Below, piece after piece: positions 1-14,094 of a stretch of 64,000 bases of DNA (position 1 is its first letter; each line of letters begins with the position of its first letter). The notes beneath the pieces were generated by a model that was not told the DNA's origin, searched no databases, and worked only from the letters and a program-made list of their open reading frames with translations. The position numbers and the translations under genes are program-made. The stretch is from the NCBI GenBank assembly GCA_964016885.1, contig OZ024742.1, positions 37,820,001 through 37,884,000 of the forward strand, read 5' to 3'. Source of the DNA: Eledone cirrhosa. Lineage: Eukaryota.

Positions 1-1058
1 TAACAGCAACACTAATAGGAAGCCTTCAGACAGAAATCCCCCGCTTCTCAATGGGGAGATGGGGGATAGAGAAGCAACAGTATTTGCTCAAAAACAGTAA
101 CAGTCACTCTGATGGGCTTCCACTTAATTTTTACCTACCAAATTTCACTCAAAAGGCCTAGTTGACTTTCATGTTATGGTAGAAGACACTTGCCCAAGTG
201 GCTGCACAGTGTTATTGGATTCAGAACCATGCAGTTGTAAAGTAAACTTCTTAACAACTACACCAATGCCTGAGCCCAGATATTAACTTGCTAATGTTCT
301 AGTTGGTCATTGGCCGCAGTTTAGAAGTGACTTACAAATGTCATAGGTATTGTCTCTCCTTTGACTAATTTGTTTTAAAGCAAAAATCCAAATTTTGCTT
401 AACTCTTTCATTGCTATATTTCTACTAAAAGATATTTTATTTTGAAAATAAAATGTTGACAATAATCAAGAATTTGGAGAGATTTTGTAATATAACTAAT
501 TTTCTCATTATCAAGTTCGAAGATGACTTAACAGGAAATTACAATAGAAAGGTTTTAGATAATGTTTTGTATTGTAGAATTAAGGGTTGTTTCAGGCATG
601 TTTGTACCAAATGGTTAGTAATAGATATTCTTTGTAAGATCAAAACTGATTCTATAATCAAACAAAATCTAGCATTATTTAAAATAAGGACAGCTGTACA
701 TTGTTAATCTTTTCAATAAGTACATACATGTGTATAAAAGGTAGTAATAAAAAAAAGATGTATAAAATTTAGTGTATATTTGTGTGTCTCTTGCATTTAA
801 ACCTGGCAGAGCCCATCCCTCTCCACAGTTGATTTGAGAGTGGGAGTAGACCCAAGTAATGGTGTGGTACACTATTGACCACCATCCCCACCACGAATAT
901 ATATATATATAAAAAAAAAAAGGATGGAAGTCAAAGTTGACCTTAGCAGAGAATTGGAATGAATACAGAGGAACATTTTATCCTATGTTCTAATGACTCT
1001 GCTAATTCACCAGCTAATGAAATAAATAGTTAAATTAAATAAAGATAAGAAATATATT

Positions 1059-1238
1059 TGTTTCTACTTTAGGCACAAGGCCAGCAATTACCCAGTTCAT
1101 TACTGGTACTTTATTTTATCGACTTCGTAAGAATGAAAGGCAAAGTCAACCTCGGCGGGATTTGAACTCAGATCGTAAAGGGACGTAACTATGCTGGAAA
1201 GCATGGCGTCCGACCCTCTACCGATACTGCCAATCCAC
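1059..1238 (-). mobile_element. tRNA-derived SINE with a GCCTTTCATCCTT..GGTCGATAAAAT..GTACCAG-type central domain (Meta-domain-like)
   Basis: B-box GAGTTCAAATCC and a 13-bp TSD taagaaatatatt (1046-1058, 1239-1251). Related copies at about 13492-13652, 39880-39990, 44134-44350, 45635-45830, 57478-57610 and 62862-63044. Confidence 0.85.
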
Positions 1239-1351
1239 TAAGAAATATATTGAGGAAAAAAAAGTTTATTTGTAATCAATATTTATGAGTGAATTCCTCT
1301 GTACTTATACATTTTGGTGATTCTCGGACGTAAAACGGTGATGATGATGAT

Positions 1352-1858
1352 GATCATCATCATCATCATCACCGTTTTACGTCCGTTCTTCCACGCTAGC
1401 ATGGGTTAGATGGGTTGTCCTGTTGTGGGCAGTGTCTGGTCGGCTGACCATGCCTTGCTATACAGGAACTGATTTGGCTTGATTTCTACATCTGGATGCC
1501 CTTCCTAACACCAACCTCATTTACAGTGAGTGCTGGGTGCTTTTTCGTGGCGCCTACACGGCCACTTTACAGTGTGGGCTGGGTGCTTTTTTGCCGTGGC
1601 ACCTCCACGACCACCTTGCAGTGGGAGGGTGTGGGGGCATATTGTCTATATGCTTCAGTTTGTACCCATGGGAGGTCGGGTACTCTGTATTACTGCGTGA
1701 CGCCAGAGGTCCCGGTCGTGTATCATCGCCTTTGAGAGGTGTAATTGGGTAAGGTCGGCTTTTATCATCTCATCCCAGGTCATCTTAGGTCTCCCCACTC
1801 CGCGGTTTCCATCGACTTCTAGTGCTCTGCACCTTTCATCCTTCATACGCATCACATG
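1352..1858 (-). mobile_element. RTE-clade LINE family A, 3' fragment (ORF end, 3'UTR and (ATG)n tail)
   Basis: Near-identical to the 3' part of the 15615-18709 copy, with an internal deletion. ORF 1655..1855 encodes GNRGVGRPKMTW. Confidence 0.9.
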
Positions 1859-2004
1859 ATGATACAGGTATTAATTATATAATGAGCACATTATACCACA
1901 TAATTTTCTCAAGATGTTTGTAATCTATATATTCTAGTATTTTCTATACAATTAAACTGATATTACAGAAATTAGGTCACATTCATAAATATATTTAATT
2001 GACA

Positions 2005-3165
2005 AAGAAAGCCTTCGACAGAGTCCCCCGCTCCATTATCTGGTGGGCTCTTAGAAAACTAGGCGTTGACGAATGGCTTGTGAGAGCTATACAAGCCATG
2101 TATAAAGAAACAGTCAGCAAGGTTAGAATTAACAACGAATATAGTGAAGAGTTTAGCGTAAAAGTTGGCGTCCATCAGGGCTCTGTTCTCAGCCCCCTAC
2201 TATTTATTATTGCCCTTCAGGCTATAACAGAGGAGTTCAAGACCGGCTGCCCATGGGAACTCCTATACGCAGACGACCTGACACTCATAGCGGAATCAAT
2301 GGCCGAGCTAGAGAAGAAATTCCAAACATGGAAGCACGGCCTAGAATCAAAAGGACTTAAAATTAACCTGGCTAAGATTAAAGTTCTAGTTTGTAGGAAA
2401 GAAAATAAGGCGGCGGTCCCTTCTGGGAAATGGTCGTGCTCGGTGTGTAGGAAAGGCGTAGGTAGAAACTCCATTTTATGTCCTAAATGCAAAGTATGGG
2501 TGCATAAAAGATGTAGTGGGATCACAGGTAAGCTAACTAAGAACATAGATTTTACATGTAGCCGGTGCTCTGGTGCAATAAGTAGCAGCAAGTGCCCACA
2601 AAATACTAGCTCTTTCAATTGCGCAGAGGGTTCTATAGAAATAGTGGAAAGCTTCCGTTACCTGGGCGATAAAATCAGCAGTGGGGGAGGGTGCTCTGAA
2701 AGTACAGTAGCTAGAGTCAGAACCGGTTGGAAAAAGTTCAGAGAGCTTATACCACTATTAGCTGCTAAAGGGTTCTCCCTAAAAATGAAAGGCAGGTTGT
2801 ACGATGCCTGCATACGAACAGCAATGTTGCATGGCAGTGAGACCTGGGCATTGTGTGCAGAGGATATACGCAGACTAGAGAGGAACGAAGCTTGCATGCT
2901 CCGCTGGATGTGTAACAGTAATATACGTGAACGGCAAAGCATAAACGAACTAAGAAAAAAATTAGAAATAAGAGGGATCAGATGTTGTTTACTCGAGAGA
3001 AGGCTACGTTGGTATGGACACGTGATGCGCATGAAAGTCGATAGCTGTATAACAAAGTGCAGGGCAATAAAGATAGACGGTAGCCACGGAATAGGCAGAC
3101 CTAGAAAAACCTGGGACGAGCTGATAGAACAAACGCAGAAGCATTTAATCTGACATTCCAATGAC
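2005..3165 (+). mobile_element. RTE-clade LINE family C fragment (RT, PHD-like finger, C-terminus), truncated at both ends
   Basis: The 384-aa ORF has KAFDRVPR, GVHQGSVLSPLLF, LYADD, FRYLG and RLRWYGHVMR. No tail is seen. Confidence 0.92.
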
Positions 3166-3325
3166 TCTGCCTATATATTTTACTAAATCCTTCAAATTTT
3201 GGATTGTTTTCAAAATTATTTGAAAATCACAGGCAATGTCTTTCATTAGAAATACAGTAATGAAATGGTTAAACATATCTTCCTCCTGGCCAATGTTACG
3301 AATGTAGTAACAACCATTTACTTAC

Positions 3326-3457
3326 ATGTGCTGACTTTAACTGTTCTTCTAAATCATGCCGCTCTCTTTCAGCAGTTGTTAGCTTGATTTTCAGGCTGGT
3401 AACCTCTGCCATCAAGTCCTGCTTATCTGTTTCCAGTGATGCTCTTGTCAGTAATTC
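3326..3457 (-). CDS. PPFIBP: Internal coding exon of a liprin-beta (PPFIBP1/2-like) gene, N-terminal coiled-coil region
   Basis: Minus strand reads tattttttttcttccttctctag|GAATTA...GCACAT|gtaagt: 132 nt, phase 0/0, open. It translates to ELLTRASLETDKQDLMAEVTSLKIKLTTAERERHDLEEQLKSAH, closely resembling the liprin-beta1 segment ELLSRTSLETQKLDLMAEISNLKLKLTAVEKDR (recalled from memory). Not in the ORF track. Confidence 0.88.
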
Positions 3458-5113
3458 CTAGAGAAGGAAGAAAAAAAATAGAAATAATCTTATCGCATTC
3501 ATATGTGAAAATATGAGAGACAGGTAGATAGAAACAATACAAATAATGAGATTAAAAGTGCAATAGCCCATTATGTTCAAATAAAACAAAAATAATGAAA
3601 GAAAAAACACTAATTAGGAAGTAAAACAAGAAAAAAGAAATGATAGCAATCACTATCAGAATCAAACAATTAACCTAGATCAAAACTCAATAGTTTTCAT
3701 AGACAAGGTCATTCAATTGTATATATGTACATGTGTAAGTATTCACATACACACAAACAAGACAAATGGTTCCAAGCAAACACAATTACACATAGAATAT
3801 GTCCTCTCTCATGTTACACTACTGATAGATATAAAGAAAGAACTAAAGTGGCATCTGAGCAATGGATATTGGTCACTGGTGCATTTCTTAAGAAAATATA
3901 GAGAAGTGTATGAAGAAGAATTAAAATTTCCCATACTGCAGTTGAAAATGATCTGTATCTTGTGCAAATCTATATTACAATAAGAATGTTGTCTGTCTGT
4001 TCGTCCCACCATCCATCACGCTCACTTTATATAGAGAGGGGGAGCGGCAAGCAAGAGATATGTACATAGATAGAAAGAGGAAAGGGGATGCCGTGTGTTT
4101 TTGAAGGGACAGAAATAAGTAGAAATTTATGACCTTGCCCTCATCTATATAGAGAGGGGGGAAGCACCAAATGAAAGAGATGTACATAAATAGAGAGATA
4201 TAGTGAGTGTGTGTGTGTATGACAGAAAGATGGAGAAGACATCACCCTCATCTAGTATATTATGAAATTTACAGCTCACACCTATGCATGTTTAGCTGGA
4301 CGCCAATGAGGTTGCATTAGAAAGAAGGTTTCTTCAGTGTTTTAATGATAATGATTTCAGTCCTATCATGAAAAGCAATGTAAAATGAAGTGTTTTACTC
4401 AAGAACACAGTGTTCCATCCAGTCCAGAAAACAAACCCACAATCTAATAATTAGCAACCCATCAACTTAACTACTTGACCATATGCCTTCACTAAAATGT
4501 TATGGTTGTGGGCAACTTAATTGTAGGTTTTTTTCAAAAATCCTCCCACCCCCATATTTTTTACAGGAATTTTTATTGTTTCTATTTCTATTGAAATAAA
4601 GTTGTCTTGATACTGGTGGCATGCCCTAGAGAGAGTTCTATTTTGCTGCTTTAATTAGAGTTATGTAAGACCAGTCAAGTCTATTGCATATAGGTAGTAA
4701 GTTTAATAACTAGAAGTAATCACTGGGTCTATAAGTACCAAATATACTATGCTTCTGCCTAGTTATAGATGACCCAGTACACTCTTACATGCAATTATTT
4801 ATTGTATGGGATACAGTGTAGAAGTCTAGGCTTGTTACATTTTCTCAATTATCAAGTCTGTTCCCATGTTTGTTATTGACTAAAATAGAAGCTGACAACA
4901 AGGATCCTGTTAGAAAATGGTTGTTGTTCCTCTGCACTTATCATAGATGATGTGCATATCACTGCAGTGATTAGGATTAAGGAAGTTACTGTCACTCTCA
5001 CTGCATGTGTTTTTTTAAATGTTTATCTGGTCTGAGTGAGAAGGATAATGTAGTCTCATGTTCTGAAATGTCAGTGTAAATAGGTGTGTGTGTGTGTGTG
5101 TGGGGGGGGGGGG

Positions 5114-5385
5114 TCATGTAATGACATGTTGGGTGTTTGAGGAGGTGGTTACTCATGTAATGACAGGGACTATGTTGGGTGTTTGTGGGGTGGTTACCCA
5201 TGTAACAGGGATTATGTTGGGTGTTTGGAGGGTGGTTATCCATGTGAGGGTAGGGACAATGTTGGGTGTTTGAGGTGGTGGTTATTCATGTAATGACAGG
5301 GACTATGTTGGGTGTTTGGTGGTGGGGTTTACCCATGCAATGATAGGGATTATGTTGGGTGTTTGGGGGGTAGTTACCCATGTAA
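5114..5385. repeat. G-rich minisatellite, about 45-bp unit, about 6 copies
   Basis: Unit is approximately CATGTAATGACAGGGACTATGTTGGGTGTTTGGNGGTGGTTACC. Confidence 0.9.
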
Positions 5386-6739
5386 TATTTGTATAAGATA
5401 TGAAAATACATAAAATGATACAATAAAATACAACTTGCTTATAAAAGTGTCTATATAATTAATCTTTATTATCTATTTATTTTATATGTACATAACTGGT
5501 TTGATGGAGGATCAAAGATTCCATGAAGGGTGGGGTCAATGGTCTAAAAAAATTAGTGATCCCTAGCAGAGGTTCTAATTTAATTGCGACGGAAACTGTT
5601 TGTATTTGATGTACTTAATGTTCTTGGTATTAAGAGAAATTATGGTTTTAGTAGGTGCAACTTGTAGTCTATTTGTTTGAAGTTAAGTTTCTAGGTCATG
5701 GTGTAAGGTAGGAGCAGTTGTGCAACAAGGCTGGATCAGGAGACCATGAGTAAAAATAACCATGGTGTGATAGGTGTGTGAGGCTCTGTGTATGCTTCAT
5801 GGCAATCCTAGGAAAATCATGTAGATAATATGGAAAGGGAAGATTGTTGTGGTACTCTGTTTAGGAAATGATAGATTCTAAGAGTGGCAACTTGTAGTAG
5901 ATTAAATTAGATAACATTTTGTGTTGTTCATTAAGATGTTTTAATATTATGCTTATATGTAAATTTTTGTTTAGGACCAAGTCAGCTCTCATCAAGTAGA
6001 TTTATGGTCAAAGTTACTCTAGCAGTAGCCATCAGGCCTTTTATTAAGATATATTGTATCTAGGACCACATTGTATAATGTGTTCTTTTTGATACCAAAC
6101 TGCCTGAAACTGCCCTTGGGTCTATGATATAATGCTGTTTATTTTAACCTTTTTGTTACCAGATTTCTAATGAAAAACACTGCCTATGATTTCCAAATAA
6201 TTTTGAAAATCCACAATTTGGAGGAATTTAGTAATATAACTAATTTTCACAGAATTAAGCAGGTGTTTGAAACAACTAAAAACAAATTTACGTAGATAAA
6301 ATTATGATAACAGGTTTTTAGATATAAACATTTTAAAATAAACAGTTTTGTATTGTAAAATGAGGGGAGGTTTCAGGAGGTTTAGTATCGAAAGCGTTAG
6401 TGTTTATCATCATCATCATAGTTTAATGTTTATTTTTCATGCTTGCATGGGTTAGACGGGTTGTTATGTTACAAGATATGTCAAGTCAGGTGACCAGGTC
6501 TTATTCATACAGATGTTTTTGTTCAGTTTCTATGACTGGATGCATTTCCTAATGCCAATCCCTTTACAGTACGGACTGGGTGCTTTTTATTGTGGAACCA
6601 AAACGATAAAATAATAGAGTGGGCTGGGTCTTTTTTGTCATGGTAACAGTATAATTTTATGTAGGAACTTTTAAGTTATGTTCCAAATGTCAGCTTAATA
6701 TTGAGAAAGTTATATTACTAAATACAAGATGGAACAAGA

Positions 6740-7150
6740 TACACATCAAAATATGTAGAATGCAATGTTTGGAAGCTAAAAGACCTTTTGGTCAAATATA
6801 TGTTTAGAAAAACCCTATGAGAAGGGAGACAGGGGTTAGATACATGACATAGAAAACAACTGGAAATTCTTGTGTGACAACCTATTGTGAACTACTGATG
6901 AGCTTGTGGCTGGAGCAAGACAGAAGGTGACCAGGTGTTGGAATAGCACAGTGGATAGAGCCATAAAAGCCAAGAGACAGGCATAGAAAGACTGGAAAGA
7001 ATTGAGGTAACAGAAACCAGTACCAGATAGCTAAGAGAGAAACTAAAAAACAGGTATACATGGTTCAGAAAGAGGCTGAAAAAAGAAAGTTTGTCTGATG
7101 CACTTAGTATCATTGATGTTCAAAAGAAAGAGGCCTGGAAATGTTACTAT
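6740..7150 (+). mobile_element. Decayed RTE family B internal fragment
   Basis: Aligns by eye to about 25945-26500 (tggaagctaaaagacctt, ctactgatgagcttgtggctggagc, gaggcctggaaatg). Confidence 0.7.
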
Positions 7151-9256
7151 GGATTACTTTCTAATAAAATTACCATAAATTATGCAGTTGGAATGAAATC
7201 AAAATGAAACATAGTCAATGCACCTACTTTTCACCACTCCTTATAGTTTAGGTAGGAAATAAATGTAGTCTTCCACCTGACCAAACAGTATTAAAATCAA
7301 ACATCCAAAGGTAACCATTAAGCAGTTACTCGACCTGCTAGAAATAGCAGCCAAATCTTACTAAAAGCTCACTTCACTATCTTAAAAGAAAGTGAGGACG
7401 CAGTTCATGATTTAGTCCTAGATACCAACGAATGGGATGGGATGACCGCATTTGATTTCATTCAATTAGGACCAATGTAAGTCTAAACAACTACATCAAC
7501 CCACTTGTTAATTTACTCTCAACAATAACTGTCAAATTTCACCAATTTAAATAAAAATACAACTGCAAAAAAACATATATTCATACTATATCTCAAGTAC
7601 AACAAATCTAAAAAAAAACTGACGAGAAAACCTAGGAGAAAAAAGGAATTCAAGCTATTCCAAGAAATGCCTGAATAAATGGGAATTATCAGTGAGCAAA
7701 TATCACTTCAAAATGAGACCTTGCCACTTGAAAGTGAGATTAACGTTTTCAAAATGACTTTGCCACTTGATTTTATTATTTGACACACTTTTTAAAAATA
7801 AAACTTTTCATGACATGTTAATTAGGTTTTGTTAGTAGCATGAAATTAATAAGTAAACAATTAAACATATCAAGTCACTCGTTACATGACTAATTGTATG
7901 TAGAGTTGTTAGATCTCAAAAGTATACTTCGCAACAAATTATTCATAAACACTGATTAGATATGAATTTCACAATACACCTAGAGATTATTGGTGATACA
8001 CTAAAATGTCATGACACAGTTTAGAAACCTCTAGTTTAAAGCTGCATTTACTCCATTTATCGCTAACAAAACAAACAACTCTAATTCAGAATTTGAAATC
8101 ACTATAATCAAATAAACTCTTCTAAATTAATAACACATATGTCAATTGAATATTGTTATCTTAGTTGAAATACTTCTCCCATACTTCAGATGCTTTAACA
8201 AATCTAATTTAATCTAGCTAGTCTTAAACATCTTGCATGACTATTTTTATGTCTGCAAAACAAAATTGTTTTGTTTGCTCTGTTGTTGATGCAATTTGAA
8301 TTATCATGTTTCTCTTGCTGGTTAGTATACAAAAATGAGTATATTCATTAAACACATCAGTTTATATAGACTGAAAAAGAAAAAGAAATTTAAGCCATTA
8401 CAAATATATTTTCACTTTTGTCATCATGCAATATTATCTCACCAAAACAGTTGTATAAGAATCAGTAAATAAGCTAAATTAATAAATGAAATGTGTTTAA
8501 AAAAACTGAAATCTGTAGTTTTGTTAAAAGCCATTAGTTGTTAATTAACATGCATATCATATAGGGAGATTTAGAATTATATATAACTCTTTATTCTCAT
8601 GCTTCTTTGCTATGAACACAAAACATTAAAACAGAATTAGGAAAAATATAGGAAGTGTGTGAATGTGAGCATAAATAAGTGTGTGTGTGTGTAAGCATAA
8701 ATCTATATGTTTATGTGTGTGTAAGCATAAATGTGTGCATGAAAGAGAGCATAAATATGTGCATATGAGAGAGGGGGAGAAATGTGTGTTAAGTGCAGGC
8801 ATACGGAGGAGATGCAGAGTGTGTTACAACAGAGTTGTTTTCATTAATAACAGGATAACAAACTAAATGGCAAAATATAATTTCTATTGAACTTTGTGAT
8901 GTCCAATTGATTCAGCAATAAACAGTGTGTTCCTTATTTGCCATTTGAACAACAAATATTTCGAAATAAATTGATGTCAGCTGGAGAGGATAATAAAAAT
9001 AATCCAGATATCAAGTTTCATACCTAAAGTTGGTCTCATTCAAATTGGAGTGGGGGGAGGCAGAAATTTGACAGTGAGCCAATTTGAGAAACCCAATTCA
9101 TGTATTCCATTTTCTAGAAATTATTTGATAAGTTGACTGACATAATAAACACTATTTCATTGGAAACAAAATTAATAAAAAATAATTTAGAAAATAAGTC
9201 AGAATTGTTTTAAAAAGACAGTACTGAATATTTTTATTTTTTGCTTGGACAAAATA

Positions 9257-9843
9257 TCTATATATATAAAACTGAGGATGTCTGTCTGTGTGTGTGAATT
9301 TGAATCCCTAAAACTAGAGAAGCACCCAATCGACTGTTTTCAAACTTTACACATGTACTACTTATGTTTCAGGGAGTGTTCTGAGCAAAAAAAAATTTCA
9401 AATTTTCAATGCCCTAGGGACTGCATTAGCCGATTTAGCAATCTCTCTCTATAGTTCTTAGTCTTTCTCTTTTTAGATAGATACATACATATAACGTCGC
9501 GCCCTTATAATATTTGTTTGTATGTCTGTCTGCATTATGTCACTTCCTACAATTCGCTCTGCATCCAGAACGCGCCCTTATAATATCTGTCTGTATATCT
9601 GGCTGTCTGCTGCCTCCAGTTATTCTGCTACCCTTGCTCAAGACAAATCTCACACTCATTCCCCAAACAGTTGGTAAGTGCACAGAACTTCTTCCTCACG
9701 TTTTAAGCCACAGTGTTGCTTACTTACGTACCACCAGACCCTTACTTCTTTGCCAGCCGTGATTGTGGCAATACTAAGCTTAGCTAAGGCGGTTATATAT
9801 TTCACAATACCTTATCCCATGCAACGCCGGGTACCACTGTTAG
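9257..9843 (+). mobile_element. Non-autonomous Helitron-like element
   Basis: Begins A|TCTATATATATAAAA followed by a TGTC microsatellite. Ends with the subterminal GC hairpin cccatgcaacgccggg and TTAG|T (CTAG variant). No TSD. Confidence 0.65.
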
Positions 9844-12192
9844 TAAATGATAAATTTAAAAAATGTAATCATTGAGAATTCATAGAAAATGGCAATGTGT
9901 CTAGTTCTCAAATAACATTTTAACTACTGTGAACCTGCATATTATGCAATCAATTGAGTCCCCAGCCACTCATGTTATTTAACTCATGTCCAGCATGAGA
10001 TTGCATTAGCAAGGCATTGAAAAGTTCAAAACAGTATTATGATTACATCACATGAAAAATTTATTTCTTTACTGCAATTTTTCACAACAATCTGTCCACT
10101 AATAAAGATACTTTGAATCTGAATTAACAAACCTGTTTTTAAACTGTTTTTAAGATGTTAAAAGTAAAAATCATGTATGTTCAAAACCCTTATATAAAAG
10201 TGCCTATGTACATTGATGTTTTTGGAAGAGACATAAAAACAAGCTTTCAATAAGTTGAGAAAACTCAAGAAAAGAAGAATGACAGTTGTAGGGGTTAATG
10301 TTTTCTTCCTTTCATTAGGTGATATGATTTTCATGTAGAATAGAACAGTCAGAGTTTTACGTTTCTGAATTTAAAAAGATATGTTAAAAACTGCACTATT
10401 TAATACTAGCATATGATGTAGGCTCACTATAATTAAATTATGAATATTATTATAAAGCCAAAAAGTATTTGGCAACTTTTGCATTTGATAACTCTTCAGT
10501 GTTTGTATGTTAGACCTTGAGTCAAATTCCAAAGTTCGTTGTTATTGTTAGATTGATTCTCTTTCACAAATTATACTGAAAAGGCACCTCTGTTGGTTTC
10601 ACTCCATTGACTTTGAAGTGAACTTCAATACCATGATGTATTTATCCCTGAGTGTTGTAAATTGCAAGGTAGAGAGTTGAAAATGTAGATTAGTAAGATC
10701 AAATCAGATCTTGCATTTATAGTACACCATTGGAGTTATAACTGGTTGCAGTGTATGGCTGACTTCTGTTCACGATGCTGTGAATTCACAAGTTGGAACT
10801 GAGTGAATGCTTACACAAGCAAGTAAAAGTGCTATCAAGCACAGTACATGACACTAACCTTCTAATAAACCAAAAAAACAATCTTATATTAATTTCCCAT
10901 TTGAAGCATTTTATTTACATATACTTAAGTAGGCTTTTGAAGCTAGACAGCCTATGCTTCATGTTTTCAAATTTCCTCTGAAATACACGTTTTTTGCTTT
11001 AACCATGGTAAATTTCTTTGCCCAGATGCCCTCCCTGATGCCAACCCATAATTTTCAGTATGATAGAGATTTAATTATGTTTTGACAGCAAAGCATAAAC
11101 ACATATAAACGACAGGCTTTCATAGTTGACATCTACCAAGTTCACTAATAAGTCATTTGTCAGTTCAAGGATATAACAGAAGAGACTTGTTCAAGATACC
11201 ATGCAGCACGACCAAACCTAGAACCACATGCTTTAGAAGTATACTTCTAAACCACACAGCATCATCATCTCATCATCACTGCTTTACATCAGCTTTTCCA
11301 TGCTTGGATAGGTTGAATATTTCACAACTTGTTACACTCAAATCCTTCTAATTTTGAGACTTTATACCTATGTATGAAATTTTGTCATGCCTCCATTAAA
11401 TAATTCATTAAATGTTACTAAGAACATCATTTCATTTCATTTTTAAATATTTTTTAAATGTATGGAAACCACAATGCCTAACAATAACAAAACTTCATCC
11501 TCATCAATGTTGCAGGATCCACCCAAGAAAATATATATTTATTCTAATGGGCAGGTTATTTCTGGAAAAAGCAAAGAACTTTATTTATATGACTTTTACA
11601 TTCCCCATGACCACCAACATCACAAACAAATTAAAACACTGAGAAAGCATTTGGCACTTTATCAATGTTTTTCTTTTGAGTAAACTTTAAATAAACAGAA
11701 AATGTTAACATTCTGAGTCAAACCTGGCACAAACGAAGAATAAAACTATAGCAGTGAGAGACTAATAAACTATACAAATGTGTAAAGATATATGTGTATT
11801 TATACATGAGTACACAGACAAATGTGTGTAGACAATTTGAAAAATGAAGTTTGTGTTATCTGAGTGCTAAATCTTATAAAGCCAATGAGTCATGTGTATA
11901 AGTCACTGCTTTGAGCAAGGTGCACTGCTCTGTTTACCTGAGCTACCCTATTGAAAACAGATGGCTCTACTTCATAATAAAGGAAATAATGGTCAAACAT
12001 ACAAAAGATCTGGTTAAGTATGGGATGTGGAATATTGTAAGTGATATCAAACTTCTGTAAATTAGTTATAATATATAAAATCACAGTAGCATCCTTGGCT
12101 AAATGTTGAGACAGAATGTCATTAACCCTTAATATTTATATTACTCTATATTTACAATTATATTTTCAAGGTAAAGGCTTTACCTCACATAA

Positions 12193-13251
12193 AGGACAGC
12201 ATTCCTCACCATATGAGATGTCATCTGGTGTACCACAAGGATCTGTTCTTGGCCCCCTTTTGTTTGTGGCATATATTAATGACATAGATGCCAACTTAAG
12301 GAATGCCACAGTACTAAAGTACGCAGACGACATCAAGCTGTACCTTGAGATAAAAAGGATAGATCCTGAACACTATAGATCTTGCTTGCAGTCTGACCTG
12401 GACACAATGCAACAATGGATCTCAGACTGGCAACTCAAGCTAGCTGTGGACAAGTGCACCACCATGCATTTTGGGAGTAAAAACCCAGCGTCCACATACT
12501 CCCTCCACAGCACTAATATCAAGAAGTCTTCCTGTGAACGTGACCTTGGCATTACGGTCAGCAGCGATTTGCGTTGGACGAGGCACGTCTCTAAAATTGT
12601 CAAGAGGGCCGAGGGTGTCTTAGCATCACTCAGCAAGACCTTTGTCAGCCGCTCTCCAGATATCTATTTAAGGCTGTATACAGCTATGGTGCGACCACAC
12701 TTAGAATTTGCATCACCAGTCTGGAACCCCGATCTTGCTCAGAACATTGACCGCCTGGAAACTGTTCAGAGACGTGCAACCAAGCGAATACCCTCCATCA
12801 GGCATCTACCATACTCTGAGCGCCTTGCTTCCCTGGGCATGGATTCATTGAAGCTCCGACGCCTGGCAACTGACTTGGTAAACACCCACAAAATTGTTAA
12901 CCATGTTGCCAACAACAACCCTGAGTACCTTTTTGATTTCCATGTGTCTAACACACGTGGACATGCCCACAAAGTAAGAAAACAGCACAGTTCCCATGAC
13001 TTTCGGAAACATTTTTTCACGCTCAGAGTTGCTGAAGCATGGAACAAACTACCTGCATCAGTTGTTAGGTGTCGAGACACTGCATCCTTTAAGGCCTCCA
13101 TGCTTCCCGAGATCCACCAACACTACAGCTAACACATATCACACATGTACTTCCCTGACATTTGTGTATTATTCTATGTACTATACATACACCTTTGACG
13201 AGTTGTAGTGCACCTGAGCACTTTACACAATAATTTCATTATTATAATTAT
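12193..13251 (+). mobile_element. 5'-truncated CR1-type LINE (RT and 3'UTR) with 9-bp target-site duplication
   Basis: ORF has SGVPQGSVLGPLLF, YADD, ERDLG, VRPHLEF, LETVQRRATK, TRGH and WNKLP. (ATT)-rich tail. TSD ctcacataa at 12184-12192 and 13252-13260. Inserted in a TTAA MITE. Confidence 0.92.
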
Positions 13252-14094
13252 CTCACATAATATCGAATCTATGAGATTTTGATATTATATATTTTGAGAA
13301 CAATACCTCAATATTAGTATGAGTGGCCAGTTATGGCTGGTTTGAACAGAAAAAGGTGAGAGAATTCTGGCCGGATACGGTCAGTTTAAATGCTAAAGGA
13401 TTAAACCTTTTACTATATTTCTAATGAAAGATATTGCCTGTGATTTTCAAATTATTTAAAAAATAATCAAGAATTTGGAGTGATTTAATAATTGTTTCTA
13501 CTTTTGGCACAAGGCCATCAATTACCCCAGTGCATCACTGGTACTTTATTTCATCGACCCCCATAAGGATGAAAGGCAAAGTTAACCTTGGTGTAAAAGG
13601 CCATTACTCTATGCTTCAAAGCATGGCGTCTGACGCTCTACCGATATTGCCATAAGCTGGTGTTTATAGCATAACATACCTTAAAGGTTCTTACTTAACA
13701 TTTATGATGGAAGGTTATTAAAGAAATATATACACTTTAAAACAATTTCATATTGTAGAACCAGGTGTGGTTTCCAACAGGTTGCTATCAAAAGGTTTAA
13801 AACTATCTTGTATTGATATAAGCATGTCTATAGCTAAATGTCCACACTTCTCTTTGAATTTTGCACAATAATTCAACATCTCCTTTAATAACCAGGGTTT
13901 AAATTTCCAATGCAAGAGTAGAAGCTCTTTTTCAATCCATGAATTTCAGATAAAATTACAATTGCCAGGCACCATAACATTGTACTATAACCATTAAATC
14001 AAACCAATGAGTAAGTTTCTGTACAGTCACTTGGTTTACAAGAAATAGCAGCTAAATCGTCTTCAAATAACACTCTAAAATTTTTTTTTAAGGA

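Noticed and set aside
2217-3161. Antisense ORFs of 130-190 aa over RTE copies (also 16048-17159, 18875-19879, 27281-28045)
   Set aside because: They are shadow frames opposite the RT coding strand with no independent protein motifs.
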